From positions 15,094,081 through 15,141,793 of the forward strand of contig NC_068983.1 of assembly GCF_001194135.2 (NCBI RefSeq): a stretch of DNA of 47,713 bases. The letters run 5' to 3'. The stretch comes from Octopus bimaculoides. Taxonomy: Eukaryota. Position 1 is the first letter of the stretch; the number at the start of each line of letters is the position of its first letter. The position numbers and the translations under genes are program-made. This document shows, one piece after another, positions 1-12,963 of this stretch. A model generated the notes under the pieces. That model had not been told where the DNA came from. It saw only the letters and a list, made by a program, of their open reading frames with translations, and searched no databases.

Positions 1-277
1 TTAAGTACCAGTTACGCTCTGGGTCGACTTAATCCCTTTGTCTGTCCTTGTTTGTCCCCTCTATGTTTAGCCCCTTGTGGGCAATAAAGAAACAAGAAAC
101 ATTAGCACGCCGGGCGAAATGCTTAATGGTATTTCGTCTATTTTTAAGTTCTGAGTTCAAATTCCGCCGAGGTCGACTTTGCCTCTCATCCTTTCGGAGT
201 CGATAAATTAAGTATCAGTTGCGTACTAGGGTCGATCTAATTGACTGGTTCCTTCCCCAAAAATTTCGGGCCTTGTA
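1..277 (+). mobile_element. SINE family A tandem: tail of one monomer joined to a second monomer
   Basis: Contains the family A motifs ttagcacgccgggcgaaatgctta, ttctgagttcaaattccgccgaggtcgactttgcc (B-box-like GTTCAAAT) and tcatcctttcgg..gtcgataaattaagta, shared with more than 20 other copies in the window. Confidence 0.85.
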
Positions 278-409
278 GAAGAGACCGATAGAATACGTAC
301 TAGGCTTACAAAGAATAAGTCCTGGGGTCGATTTGCTCGACTAAAGGCGGTGCTCCAGCATGGCCACAGTCAAATGACTGAACCAAATAAAAGAGTAAAT
401 GAATAAAGA

Positions 410-410
<1 letters not shown>
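278..410 (+). mobile_element. SINE family B, 3' part
   Basis: gagaccgatagaata..gtactaggcttacaaagaataagtcctggggtcgatttgctcgactaaaggcggtgctccagcatggcc..(aaaagagt) tail matches 33830-34190. Confidence 0.85.
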
Positions 411-440
<30 letters not shown>

Positions 441-809
441 TGGTTAAGAGAGTAGATGCTAGAACACATGAGTTCCTGTATCTTTATTTACACGCATGTT
501 CCAACGACAGACACTGCAAGATTTGACGGGTTTTGACTCTGTAATGTGGCCACCGTATACTCCCAAACTACGCATCTAATATAAACCCTTTTGCGTTACT
601 GCTTTTGCTTCAACCTCACAGTTTCTTTCCAATCATAGCAAATAATGGTAATGCACTGTACTGAATGTGTTTGTACTTAAGTCTAACAGTGGCGATGACA
701 GATAAGAATGTCTCGCCATACAGGAAGGAAAACAGAAGAATCCGATAAACAGTGTTAGTTTTCATCGATGAAATGTAGGGGCTTTTTATTTATTATTATT
801 ATTTTACTT

Positions 810-1150
810 CGGATCCAGGATTGGAAATAGGAATAGTTAAGGGTTGGGTGATGTCGTGTCGAATGTCAAGAGTTATTCACATAGGAGAAAATATTGTCGA
901 ATTAAAGTTAGAAACAAAATCCAAATCAATGAAATTGGTGCATGGACGGACAGTGGAGGCGGAGGAAAAGGTGGGTAGGAATTGGAAAATATGCTGAGAG
1001 AGCAACGAAAATTGCAAAAGCAAGAAAAAAATTCTATAGGAAAACAAATATAAAGTAAATATAAAAGAACTGTATTGGTAAGGTTTAGAAAGCAAAAATG
1101 TACAGAGAATGGAGAAAATGGAAGGATAGGCCATAGTGTCATAACACGCA
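810..1150 (+). pseudogene. Possible highly decayed LINE APE-endonuclease remnant (RTE-like)
   Basis: Manual translation GIVKGW..VIHIGENIVELKLETK..MKLVH..EAEEKV..NWK and later TENGE loosely follows the APE pattern (GVG..W..ISERI..LKL..YAP..EEKE.FW..RNENG). Stops present and key motifs not intact. Confidence 0.25.
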
Positions 1151-1359
1151 TGTACATATGCACGCGTGCACACACGCATACACACACACAAACACGGGTA
1201 TATATGTATTGTATTTTCCAGTCTCTTCACCACTAGAACGTTCTATGCTCGCTTGAACTTATATATATTTTCCACACCCCTACTTGTAACATTTTTTTCA
1301 CATTCTACGTCTACTGTAAAACTGTATCACGCTGGAACTTGCATTGTCCACGTTTCCCT

Positions 1360-1375
1360 AACGTGTGTGTGAGTG

Positions 1376-1436
<61 letters not shown>

Positions 1437-1539
1437 TGTGTGTATTTACAGTTATACTGTTGCTGCTGCGTTCAACACCACTGATGGAAAAGTCTGAACT
1501 ACGTGTGTGATGTACGTGCTTGTGCGTATGTGAGTGTGC

Positions 1540-1605
<66 letters not shown>

Positions 1606-1623
1606 CTCTGTGTGTGCCTGTGT

Positions 1624-1654
<31 letters not shown>

Positions 1655-1655
1655 A
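1360..1655. repeat. (TG)n/(CA)n microsatellite cluster
   Basis: Directly visible; source of the HTHT ORFs. Confidence 0.95.
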
Positions 1656-2234
1656 AAATTTCCAAAGCAATTCACCACTGAATTATTCATAAATGTTGCA
1701 CATAAAAATTATTGCATTAATTTGTTTCCAATATAAAACACTCCATACTTTAAAACCGATTCGATCCCAAATCACTTCCTCTTACAATTCATAGACCTGT
1801 GCATTACATGCATCAACCTTTAATGTGACACTGTTCCTATTACTTTTCGATTGTGTTTAGTAGCAGCGAAGTTTATCATCGCATTTTGTAATGTGTCTAT
1901 CATATATGAGATTATTGAAAATTGAATTTCGAAATGATAATTGACTAACATTAGGTGCTAATGCATTTACGAATAATTCTGTAAATCTGCAAATCTCTGC
2001 ATCTAATTCTCTGATTTTCCGTGATCCGATTTAACACAAACACCTGACGCCTGGATAACTTTAACACTGTCCACTACATTGCAAGTGTTTCCTCTGAGGA
2101 TGACCCGATGCTTTGATTTCTAACAAACCACGTGTCATGCTCCTCAGATTTCTTCTCGCATTTTCTCTCTCCGTTCATTTATCTCACAGTCTCTCGAAAT
2201 ATTTATGGTTTTCTTATCTTTCTTTCCTCTTTTA

Positions 2235-2450
2235 TTTTTCCACACGCTTCAGTCAATTGACTGCGGCCATGCTGCAGCACAGCTTTGTAAAACATTTAGT
2301 GGAACAAATCGAACTCAATAAGGTATTTTGAAGCTCGGTACTTATTTCATCGGTTTCTATTTTTTGTCGAAATGCTAACCTACTGGACGTAAACAAACCA
2401 ACAACGGCCGTCAAGCGGTAGTGGGAGAGAGATACAAGCATGAAGACACA
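2235..2450 (-). mobile_element. SINE family B, 3' part (diverged)
   Basis: Reverse complement of the family B tail (cagtca.ttgactgcggccatgctg, ggacgtaaaca). Confidence 0.75.
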
Positions 2451-2984
2451 CACACATACATACATACATACATACATGCATGTATATACACCCCCCCCAC
2501 ACACACACACACACGTATGTATGCATGCATGTATGTATTTATGTACGTACGTATCTCTCATTTCAGGTCGCAAGCGTTTGATTTAAGGGTGATTTAGTTG
2601 CTACTTCTTACAGATCAAGTCATAACGTACAGACATATTAATTAATACACCTTGCAACGATAACTGGCCTGCCAGTTTTTGTCCATCTGTTACACTTGTT
2701 ATATATTTAATTATCTTAAATTTGCCGGCATTTGTTTAATCTCTTTTCTTAGGAAAATTACTTTCATATCACATTTAATTTTCATTTAAAGTATTATTTC
2801 TAGATGTATTTATTGTTTTTTTTTTGTTTATTTTCTTACTGAATATTTATTAAATTATGAAAAATATCAATTACAAAATAAATAATTTAGAAATATGTAC
2901 GTATACATTATTTACATACAATCATGAAATATATTGATATTTTATTCTTTATAAAGATGCGGTTCTGATTAGTAAAATATTGGT

Positions 2985-3570
2985 TTCAATTTTCGGAGAA
3001 TTCGCTAATTCGATTTGATTGACCCTAGTGTTCAAATAGTACTTTTATTGACCCCAAAAGTCAAAAAAGCAAAGTTGACCTCGCCAGAATTTTAACTCAG
3101 AACGGGCAGACAGACAAAATGCCGCTAAGCATTTTGCCCGACGTGCTAAAGGTAGTACCAAATTGCCGCCTTCTCGTAATTAAGATATTCTTTTCTACTC
3201 TAGGCACAAGGTCCGAAATTTCTTGGGAGGGAGCCAGTTGTTTATATCGACCCCAGTACGCAACTGGTACTTAATTTATTGACCCCGAAAGGATGAAAGG
3301 CAAAGTCGACCTCGGCGGAATTTAAACGCAGAACGTAAAGGCAGACACAATACCGCTAAGCATTTCGCCCAGCTTGCTAACGTTTCTTATTTCTTTATTG
3401 CTAACAAGGGGCTAAACATAGAGGGGACAAACAAAGACAGACAAGGTGATTAAGTCGATTACATCAACCACACTGCGTAACTGGTACTTAATTTATCGAC
3501 CCCGAAAGGATGAAAGGCAAAGTCCACCTCGGCGGGATTTGAACGCAGAACGTAAAGATAGGCGAAATAC
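2985..3570 (-). mobile_element. Three SINE family A monomers in tandem
   Basis: Three repeats of gacccc.aaag..gaaaggcaaagtcgacctcggcggaattt.aac.cagaacg. Confidence 0.85.
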
Positions 3571-5284
3571 CGTCTCAATGCAAATCAATCATTTATCTGG
3601 TGCATTAATACCTATCTGTGTTATGTTGTAAAGAAGCTGGCTTAGTAACTATACAGGTTCTGCGTTCGATCCCAGAGCACTGGCACTTAGATAACTACAA
3701 TCTGCGATACCCGCATTCTGACCAGTGCCATCTAATTGAAATTTAGCAGAGAGAGACTGACCATGAACTTGTCGCGGACGGATGTGTGTATTCATGTATG
3801 TAAGTATGTATGCGTGCATGTATGTATGTATGCGAATGGATAGAAAGATAGATAAATAGATAGATATACCTACCCACATTCACACATACAAACAGACATA
3901 TATATACATGTGTGTGGTGAGGGAGTGTTAAAACAATTTATGTCGACGAAGGATGTAAGCATCTTCATGAAAACCAAAGAAACAGATAACCCAGTTAATA
4001 CTTTTTCAGCCATTAAAAACTACTGTGAACCAATCATTTTATCCATTGGGAACCTGTAACCCCCGACGCTATTGTTCATCACTCGTGATATAATATCCCA
4101 CAAATAAATAACTAAATAAATAAATATATAAATAAATTACCTTACGATTACAAAGGCGATGCTTATTGATTTGGCCAGATGTAACTTCGGTTATATAAGA
4201 ACGTTTGAACGAATTTTATTCTGAAATTTTATTATGCAAAGCAATGCAATACAAAATTTCACATGAAAGAAGGTGTCACACTTTGATGATATATATTTTC
4301 CTTGAGCTATCTCGTTATATATATNNNNNNNNNNNNNNNNNNNNNNNNNNNNNNNNNNNNNNNNNNNNNNNNNNNNNNNNNNNNNNNNNNNNNNNNNNNN
4401 NNNNNNNNNNNNNNNNNNNNNNNNNNNNNNNNNNNNNNNNNNNNNNNNNNNNNNNNNNNNNNNNNNNNNNNNNNNNNNNNNNNNNNNNNNNNNNNNNNNN
4501 NNNNNNNNNNNNNNNNNNNNNNNNNNNNNNNNNNNNNNNNNNNNNNNNNNNNNNNNNNNNNNNNNNNNNNNNNNNNNNNNNNNNNNNNNNNNNNNNNNNN
4601 NNNNNNNNNNNNNNNNNNNNNNNNNNNNNNNNNNNNNNNNNNNNNNNNNNNNNNNNNNNNNNNNNNNNNNNNNNNNNNNNNNNNNNNNNNNNNNNNNNNN
4701 NNNNNNNNNNNNNNNNNNNNNNNNNNNNNNNNNNNNNNNNNNNNNNNNNNNNNNNNNNNNNNNNNNNNNNNNNNNNNNNNNNNNNNNNNNNNNNNNNNNN
4801 NNNNNNNNNNNNNNNNNNNNNNNNNNNNNNNNNNNNNNNNNNNNNNNNNNNNNNNNNNNNNNNNNNNNNNNNNNNNNNNNNNNNNNNNNNNNNNNNNNNN
4901 NNNNNNNNNNNNNNNNNNNNNNNNNNNNNNNNNNNNNNNNNNNNNNNNNNNNNNNNNNNNNNNNNNNNNNNNNNNNNNNNNNNNNNNNNNNNNNNNNNNN
5001 NNNNNNNNNNNNNNNNNNNNNNNNNNNNNNNNNNNNNNNNNNNNNNNNNNNNNNNNNNNNNNNNNNNNNNNNNNNNNNNNNNNNNNNNNNNNNNNNNNNN
5101 NNNNNNNNNNNNNNNNNNNNNNNNNNNNNNNNNNNNATAGATAGATAGATAGATAGATAGATAGACAGATATATATATATATATATATAGATAGATAGAT
5201 AGATAGATATATTTGTTCATCAAATTTATCATTACAGTTATGAAGTTACAAAGTTTTGCGCCAGAAGTTTTATTTAAAAACGCA

Positions 5285-5690
5285 TTTACTCTTTTACTCT
5301 TTTACTTGTTTCAGTCATTTGACTGCGGCCATGCTGGAGCACCACCTTTAGTCGAGCAAATCGACCCCAGGACTTATTCTTTGTAAGCCTAGTACTTATT
5401 ATATCGGTACCTTTTGCCGAACCGCTAGTGTTACGGGGACGTAAACACACCACCATCGATTGTCAAGCGATGTTGGGCGGACAAACACAGACACACAAAC
5501 ATATACACACACATACATATATACATGCATATATACGACAGGCTTCTTTCAGTTTCCGTCTACCAAATCCACTCACAAGGCTTTGGTTGGCCCGAGGCTA
5601 TAGTAGAAGACACTTGCCCAAGGTGCCACGCAGTGGGACTGTACCCGGAACCATGTGGTTGGTAAGCAAGCTACTTACCACACAGCCTAA
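5285..5690 (-). mobile_element. SINE family B, near full length
   Basis: tRNA-like head, CORE-like ccttgggcaagtgtcttctactatagcctcgggcc, internal (TA/TG)n and (aaaagagt)n tail, all on the minus strand. Confidence 0.9.
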
Positions 5691-6129
5691 ACGACAACAA
5701 CAACAACAAAATGGCTATACGCTTAGTCCAAATTAAACAAAATTCACATTAATTCATTTTATTAGCCACTAGTTGATTAAGATTGGGAAGAATCCCAAAG
5801 AAAATCCTTTGTATTTTGTTTCGTCTCTTACATCCTCAATTCTAATCTTGCTGGATTTGTCTTTCCCTATAAGAGTTCGAAGTTGAGAAAATAAAGTTTA
5901 AATTCATTTACTGAAAAGTGTTATTGGATCCCGGATAGGTTTTGTCGATTTGATACACTTTCTGTTCCCTGTTTCTGCAATTTGAGACCATATCACGTAC
6001 AGGAGACAATTCTGGGCGTGTTTCAGTCTTATTCACGTTCAATATTATATATCGAGTAAGCAATCCGTCCATTATTATTTGACAAGCACAGTGAAGTTTA
6101 TGCTACACTGAAGGAACTAAAATAAAATC

Positions 6130-6300
6130 GGTTTTGAATTTTGGCACAAGGCTAACAAAGGAAGGGGAAGAATCGATTATATCGATCTCAGTGCTCAACT
6201 GGGAGTTATTTTATCTACTGGTAAATAATTTTATCCCGAGAGGATGAAAACAAAGTCGACCCCGGCGGAATTCGAGCTCGGAACGTGAAGACAAACGAAT
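6130..6300 (-). mobile_element. SINE family A, diverged
   Basis: aggatgaaaacaaagtcgaccccggcggaattcgagctcggaacgt. Confidence 0.75.
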
Positions 6301-6591
6301 GAAACTTAATAATTCCGAAACTTGTTTACTGAAATTTTAAAAGTAATATTATTCATTTAGCAAATACGTTTTCTTCACCCCANNNNNNNNNNNNNNNNNN
6401 NNNNNNNNNNNNNNNNNNNNNNNNNNNNNNNNNNNNNNNNNNNNNNNNNNNNNNNNNNNNNNNNNNNNNNNNNNNNNNNNNNNNNNNNNNNNNNNNNNNN
6501 NNNNNNNNNNNNNNNNNNNNNNNNNNNNNNNNNNNNNNNNNNNNNNNNNNNNNNNNNNNNNNNNNNNNNNNNNNNNNNNNNNNNNNNNNNN

Positions 6592-6902
6592 GAGTGTTTA
6601 TTGAGCGAAAACACCTAAACGTCTACCAGATTCCGGCAGGGGATGGGGGCGAACCCTGCTGTACTCTTTCACCACAACTTACTCTCACTCTTACTTCCTG
6701 TTTCTGTTGTGCCTGTAATTCAAAGGGCCAGCCTTGTCACACTCTGTGTCACACTGAATATCCCCGAGAAATACGTTAAGGGTACACGTGTCTGTGGAGT
6801 GCTCAGCCACTTGCACGTTAATTTCACGAGCAGGCTGTTCCGTTGATCGAATCAACTGGAACCCTCGACGCTGTAAGCGACGGAGTGCCAACAACAACAG
6901 CA
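6592..6902 (+). mobile_element. SINE family C, 5' end lost in gap, (AAC)n tail
   Basis: Near-identical to 42235-42626. Confidence 0.9.
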
Positions 6903-9599
6903 ACGTGGATTGGTGAGGAATAGAAGGCGTGTCCAAGAATCTTTCCAAGGTCTTCGGAATGAATGGGGGACGTTATACTCCGGCAAGAGAATTGTCCAGA
7001 ATATTTTCCACAGAGTGTACTCCTCTAAAGGATAAAACTGTGAATGCAGTGATATACAGTTACAAAACACCACGTAGACGATGCAGCGGTCAACAACCTA
7101 ACTACCTGGCAATATATTCAAGGTAGAGCTAACATTATAAATTATGACTCTTAGTTTGTGTTGATGTGTAATACAGGTCATATTCTGTTTTATGGGGGTT
7201 TTGACAACATATTCAATTATTCAGTGGACAGGATGTGTTTGGTGAATGCAATATGCTTTATGAGCTGATTTGCTTGCTCTAAGTAGGTGTGGAATTTGAT
7301 TTTCTCTGTGTATAATCGCTGTGAGGTTGTTACGATATAAATAATAAATGAGCATGTTTTAAATATTTGCTATAGTAATATTAGTAATTCTCGAAACAAT
7401 CTATAACGCTGGCGGCACTTCTACGAATAATTTCAATTGACATTCGTTGAAACAAGCCAAAAAGTTTTTCTTCTATCTTTATACAATGTCAATGAGTCGA
7501 CGGTCAAGCTGCTTTTGGTAGAGGCCGTTGGGGGTATAAGGAACAGGTGTACAACTTACCTTTTGAATTCTGGGGACTAGGAAAAGGTACCGTTGGTCAA
7601 TTCTGGATATTTGCCGCTCTTCCTTGCCTCCTTTTGTATATGAGTTTCAATGGGCCTCAAACGGCAATAGAACAAAGTGAGATTCACTTAAAGTGTCCAA
7701 AACAGGTTTTTCCCGTTTTGCCCCGAGTAAGAAGTCGATGCAACCGAGTGCTTAGTATTAGTTCTATTTCTGCTCAATCTAATTAGAAATAGTTATGCAG
7801 TGGGCGAAGTATAACATTAACGAATGACTGATATAATTTTGATTATTGCTGCAAGAGAAACGTCAAGAGAAACGTCAAGAGAAACTGGAGACACGTCAAG
7901 ACAAGTTTAAGTCTTATTAGACCGCTTCAGTGAAACACAGTCCTTCCAATATTTGCCGAAATCGTGATGAGACTATCACTAAGTAAACATTCAATATAAC
8001 GTACGAAATGGAGTAGAAAATCTTAGATGATAAGTTGCTTAGACGTTCCGTCCACTGAAAGAAAAATAGTGTTAACATATTTAATACAAATAGCGATGAA
8101 AATATGATGAGAAATTATGTACCGGGGTGGTGGAGACATTATAAATCAGTCATAAAAATTATTTAATTATGTTTCGGTCCCACTAGCGTATAACATTCTA
8201 CACCTACTTAATAATTCTTTGAACATTACTTCGATTGGGAATTTGAGACCTCTGCTTCCTTGAAGAGAAATTATAAGGCAGAAACATTCCACGAGTTATT
8301 TTCCATACTTGCCAAAATTATTAAGATAACTAGCTGATCCCGTGCCGTAAAAAATGACGGCTAATTGAAGTATTCTATATATACTTTAATAGCTGAAAAT
8401 CTTAATTTTAAGAAATATAATATGCTAACATTGTTTTAATAACTGCTACATGTATATAATTATTTCCATATAGCTTTTTCACTGCCTCTTCGCATATATT
8501 TATAATTAAACGTACCAAATAATAAAATGCTGTACCTGGAAAGTAGGATAAACTGCATCTTGAAAACATTACTTTGTAAACGGGAGCCAGAGAGATTTCC
8601 GTTTAATACGGCGCCCAAAAATATACAAAACAAATCACATGGAGTAATCAGAGCAATTTTTCAATGCATATTTATGCAATTATGTCTTTCCTAAGAAAAA
8701 AAATTCATACTGAATTATATATATATATATATTTTTTTCTGTGAGTTGCAAGACAATTTATTAAAGATTTTTGTGAGTAAGAAGTCAAATACTTAGAAGA
8801 CAATTATATCGCTAATATTTTCTTTATCAACTTCAGAAAGATAAAAAGAAAGCTAAGTCAGCATCTTAGTGAGATTTAAAATTCAAGACTGTGTACATAT
8901 AGGTTGTTTTCTACTTTCTGCACTAATCATGTCACTCTGAACATTATTATTTCCTTTTTTACTGCATCTATAATCTTTTAAAAGCCTCCCAAAACCCTTA
9001 AAGATTGTAAAGCAAAATCGTCGAAGCAGCAGAATGGAATCAAATTAGAACGAAAAGATCTATCATTCTGTCTCTCTCGCTCTCTCTCCATCTATCTATC
9101 TATCTACCCCTCTATTTATCAGTTTATCTACCCAACTATCTATCTGTTCAGCCATCCAGATACCCATCTAGTCATCCATTTATTAATACATCTCCATAAT
9201 TCACAGAAACAGTCACGTACCTGGCAGCATAACAAAACTAAATGAAGCTAATGTAGGAAATTCTTTACAGAATTTCGGATCAGCATCCTTGACAAACTAA
9301 GAAATGTGCAACATAAACTATTTTGTGATAAGTAGTTCTGAAAAATTGCATCCATTAAAACTGATGGAATTGGCGAACGTCATGCCTTCGCTTACATGAA
9401 GCTTCGAAATCTTTATCAAGTCAACTGCTCTTTAAACTATTTGTCTTTTATTCTTTGGCTTCTTATTTTCTCTTGTAAGTAGTTACATAACTATTATGAA
9501 ACATTACCGATCAAAATATGTGAGAAATTGCAGTTACGCAACCATCCCAAACATTAATAATCAGATCTGCGTCCCATCCTTTCTATGTTTTATCTTTTG

Positions 9600-10290
9600 T
9601 CAATTGTTTGTTTCAGTTGTTGAACTATGGCCATGCTGGGGCACCACCTTAAAGAGTTTAACCGAACAAATCAATCCCAAAAGCTACTTTTTAAGTTTGT
9701 TCATATTTAAGGTCTCGTTACGAAAAGTTGTAGCAAAAAATCAGCGCTGGTTATGTTTTCTATAGAACACCTGTAGAAACAACTTTAACAAAATACTACT
9801 TGCATTTATTCTGTCAGTTTCTTTTTGACGAACCGCTACTTTACGGGGTTGTAAATAAACCAATACAATTGTTACGCGGTAGGAGGACAAACACAATCAC
9901 AAACACGCCCACATACTTATGCAACAGGCTTCAACACAGTTTCCTATTTCTTTACTGCCCACAAGGGACTACACACAGAGGGGACAACGAAGGACAGACA
10001 AACAGATTAAGTCGGTTATATTGACCCCAATGCGTAACTGGTATTTGTTTAATCAACCCCGAAAGGATGAAAGGCAAAGTCGACCTCGGCGGAATTTGAA
10101 CTCAGAACGTAGCGGCAGACGAAATACCGCTAAGCATTTCGCCCGGCGTGCTAACGTTTCTGCCAGCTCACCGCAGTTTCCGTCCACCAAGTTCATTCGC
10201 AAAGCATTGGTCGACCTGAGGCTATAGCAGAAGACACCTGCTCAAGGGAGCGCAGTGTAACTGAATCCTAAACCTGTAGCTTCAAAACGA
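9600..10290 (-). mobile_element. Old SINE B interrupted by a full SINE A monomer (9945-10173)
   Basis: 8-bp TSD cagtttcc at 9937-9944 and 10174-10181; family B sequence resumes on both sides. Confidence 0.85.
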
Positions 10291-10754
10291 AAACTTGAGC
10301 TGAGTTAGACATAGGAGATAAATCCTGCATTATTGTAAGATTCAGAAGTAGAACCCCTATAAACGTGTAATAATTTCTTTTTATTGTTTAATTCAGGTCA
10401 AATCTCATCCAGCAGAACTGTGATTACAACTGTGGCCATTTCGTCTCTTTCAGGTTATCATGTCATTGTTAAGATGTTATCAGGTATAAAGCGAAGGATA
10501 TATGGTACCTTTTCCCAGCAGGTTTTACAACTGTTTAAATGCTTCTATTGTGGTTCATGTGATGTTTATTTATGTTGCAGTTATTTTTAAAGATAAAAAA
10601 AAAAAAACGCAAGAGTTATATCTATGAACCTTCACAAGCCTTCGTAGACCGGTGAGACCATTGCGGTTAGAGTTTTTCTTCAACATTTGTAATTCGACAG
10701 GAGTAAGGAACACATGCTCGAAGGCGCTGTTAGGTGTGTGGATGATAGCTCTTT

Positions 10755-11168
10755 ACTCTTTACTCTCTTACTTGTTTCAGTCATTTGACTGCGGCCATGC
10801 TGGAGCACCGCCTTTTAGTCGAGCAAATCGACCCCAGGACTTATTCTTTGGAAGCCTAGTACTTATTCTATCGGTCTCTCTTTTGCCGAACCGCTAAGTT
10901 ACAGGGACGTAAACACACCGCCATCGGTTGTCAAGCGATGTTGGGGGACAAACACAGACACACAAACATATACACACACATATACACATATATATGTATA
11001 CATATATACGACGGGCTTCTTTCAGTTTCCGTCTACCAAATCCACTCACAAGGCTTTGGAGGGCCGAGGCTATAGTAGAAGACATTTGCCCAAGTTCCCA
11101 CGCAGTGGGACTGAGCCCCGAACCATGTGGTTTGTAAGCAAGCTACTTACCAGAGCCACTCCTGCGCT
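10755..11168 (-). mobile_element. SINE family B, full length
   Basis: Reverse complement runs gcgcaggagtggct..ggtaagtagcttgcttac..ggttc..ctcagtcccactgcgtgg through to the (agagtaaa) tail. Confidence 0.9.
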
Positions 11169-11169
11169 T

Positions 11170-11650
11170 TAGCCATCGCGTATCAGTTTCTGATGCATTA
11201 GAGATGAAGCCCAGTGATGTCGAGAGGATATAGCATACAACCGGTGGAACTTCGAGCAGTTAGTTAACTTCATGCTCCATAGGGCCAGGGAAATGGAGAA
11301 GGCTGCGTTGTATAGAAATGTGTGGTAAGCAATCACGATAAAGCATTGTCCAGATGATCTGATACACATAGAGACTGAAATGAATTAGTAGAGGGTGGGT
11401 TTGAGAGGTGGGTTTGAGATAAAGATAAACGGTGCGTGAAATATCTTTGTGTTGGTCAGAGACGAAATTCTTTGATGTAGGGTGTCGAGAATTGCGAAAA
11501 ATTTAGTTGCTACATCAGTGATATCAATATTCGATCATTGTTAAAGTTGAGAAGAGTTGAAAATGTTGTTGTCATTTAAAACAGTTACAGGAGAGAGGAA
11601 AGAGGAGGAAAGTAGAGCAAACTACACAAGCAGGAAAATAGCTGGAGAGT
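11170..11650 (-). pseudogene. Possible decayed CR1/L2-type LINE endonuclease fragment
   Basis: Minus-strand translation gives VTVLNDNNI (cf. ILGDFNVH), ..PT.., SNPPS..SDHL (APE C-terminal SDH) and WPYG (cf. WHY) in the expected order, with stops and frameshifts. Confidence 0.35.
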
Positions 11651-11659
11651 TGTTAATGG

Positions 11660-11955
11660 TGTTTAGAGGGATTCCACCCATTTTCCGTCTACCAAATTCA
11701 CCCACAAAGCATAGGCTGGCTCCAAGATATAGTAGAAGACATTTACCCAAAGTTCTGCCCGGAGGAGCTGAACATGAAAACATGAAATCACGTGGTTATC
11801 CATACTTGCCTGGTACTTTATCTCACTCACCTTTTATTGACCTAAAAGGATGAAAAGCAAAACTGAACAGGGTGGAATTTGAACTCAGAGCGTAATGTGT
11901 TGGAAAAATGCGGCTAAGCGTTTTGTCCCAAGTGCTAACAATTCCGCCAGCCTTA
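11660..11955 (-). mobile_element. Diverged SINE B head plus SINE A copy
   Basis: ttttccgtctaccaaattcac..tagtagaagaca (B) and ggatgaaaagcaaa..ggaatttgaactcaga (A). Confidence 0.7.
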
Positions 11956-12116
11956 TAACGCCTTATAACGTGTTATAACGTCGTGGTAACAATTCTGCCA
12001 ACCTCATAACGCCGTATAACGTCTTATAACGTCGTTCTAACAATTCCGCCAGCCTTATAACGCCTTATAACGCCTTATAACGTCTTATAACGTCGTGCTA
12101 ACAATTCCGCCTTATA
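11935..12116. repeat. Minisatellite, ~51-bp unit built from a SINE A 5' end plus 10-bp subrepeats
   Basis: ctaacaattccgccagccttataacgccttataacgtgttataacgtcgtg, about 3.3 copies; the third unit has an extra 10-mer. Confidence 0.9.
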
Positions 12117-12214
12117 TCGTCACCAAAACAACGCAAGGAATTTTTGTCGGTGAGTCTGTTGTGGATTTCGAACATGGACAGAAAACTACAAATTTAACAG
12201 TGAATACTCTTTTA

Positions 12215-12430
12215 AATTTCTGCTTGTTTCAGTCATTAGATTGCAGTCATGATAGAGCACCTCCTTGCAAAATTTTAGTCGAAAGACTCGACCCAAGTAC
12301 TTTTTATTCTTTAAGTGTGGTGCCAATTCTATCTGTCCCTTTTCCCCGAACCGCTAGATTACAGGAACGTAAACACTCCAACACCGGTTGTCAAACGGTG
12401 GTGAGGGGAGCCACAGACACAAAGACGCAC
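12215..12430 (-). mobile_element. SINE family B, 3' part
   Basis: cttgtttcagtcatt..gatagagcacc..ccgaaccgctag..ggaacgtaaacac. Confidence 0.75.
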
Positions 12431-12436
12431 ACACAA

Positions 12437-12488
<52 letters not shown>

Positions 12489-12513
12489 GTATATGTATGT
12501 ATGTATGTATATA

Positions 12514-12771
12514 AATACAGTGTACATTTAAACACATAAGAGGCATCCATCATAGGATTCCTTGTATGCTAGAAAGAACAGTTAAATTCCAAACCACTAT
12601 TTAGGGATAAAACTTCGAGGGGAATGAAAAATAAATAGATGGTAAATGGTTTTATTTTTCATTCCCTTCGAACTTTTATCGCTAAATAGTGGTTTGGAAT
12701 TTAACTGTTCTTTCTAGCGTGAGGAAATCCTATGATGGATACCTCTTATTTATTTAAATGCACACTGTATT
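12514..12771. mobile_element. ~260-bp near-perfect palindrome (hairpin MITE/foldback)
   Basis: aatacagtgt.catttaaa..taagagg.atccatcataggatt.. versus ..aatcctatgatggat.cctctta..tttaaatg.acactgtatt; arms ~120 bp, short central loop near 12636-12650. Confidence 0.8.
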
Positions 12772-12963
12772 ATTATGAATAATATATAGTCTATTGACTA
12801 ACTTTTACACGCTACGCCAGTGGTTGTAGAAATTTCTAATATTTCTAATTACCCTTAATATTATTAATTAATTAATTAATTGCATATAAATATATATATA
12901 TATTTCGTTTTGGGGATTTGGTTTGCAAGATTTTTTATGTGATTTCGTGTGTTGATGCATATT

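Noticed and set aside
7547-7790. Minus-strand AAG|GTAAGT donor near 7558 with upstream open frame
   Set aside because: No convincing acceptor or recognisable peptide.
7853-7910. Short tandem aagagaaacgtc containing GAAACGUC
   Set aside because: No upstream CUGANGA and no stems.
8328-8366. actagctgatcccgtgccgtaaaaaatgacggc, a Helentron-like 5' end with small hairpin
   Set aside because: No matching 3' end found.
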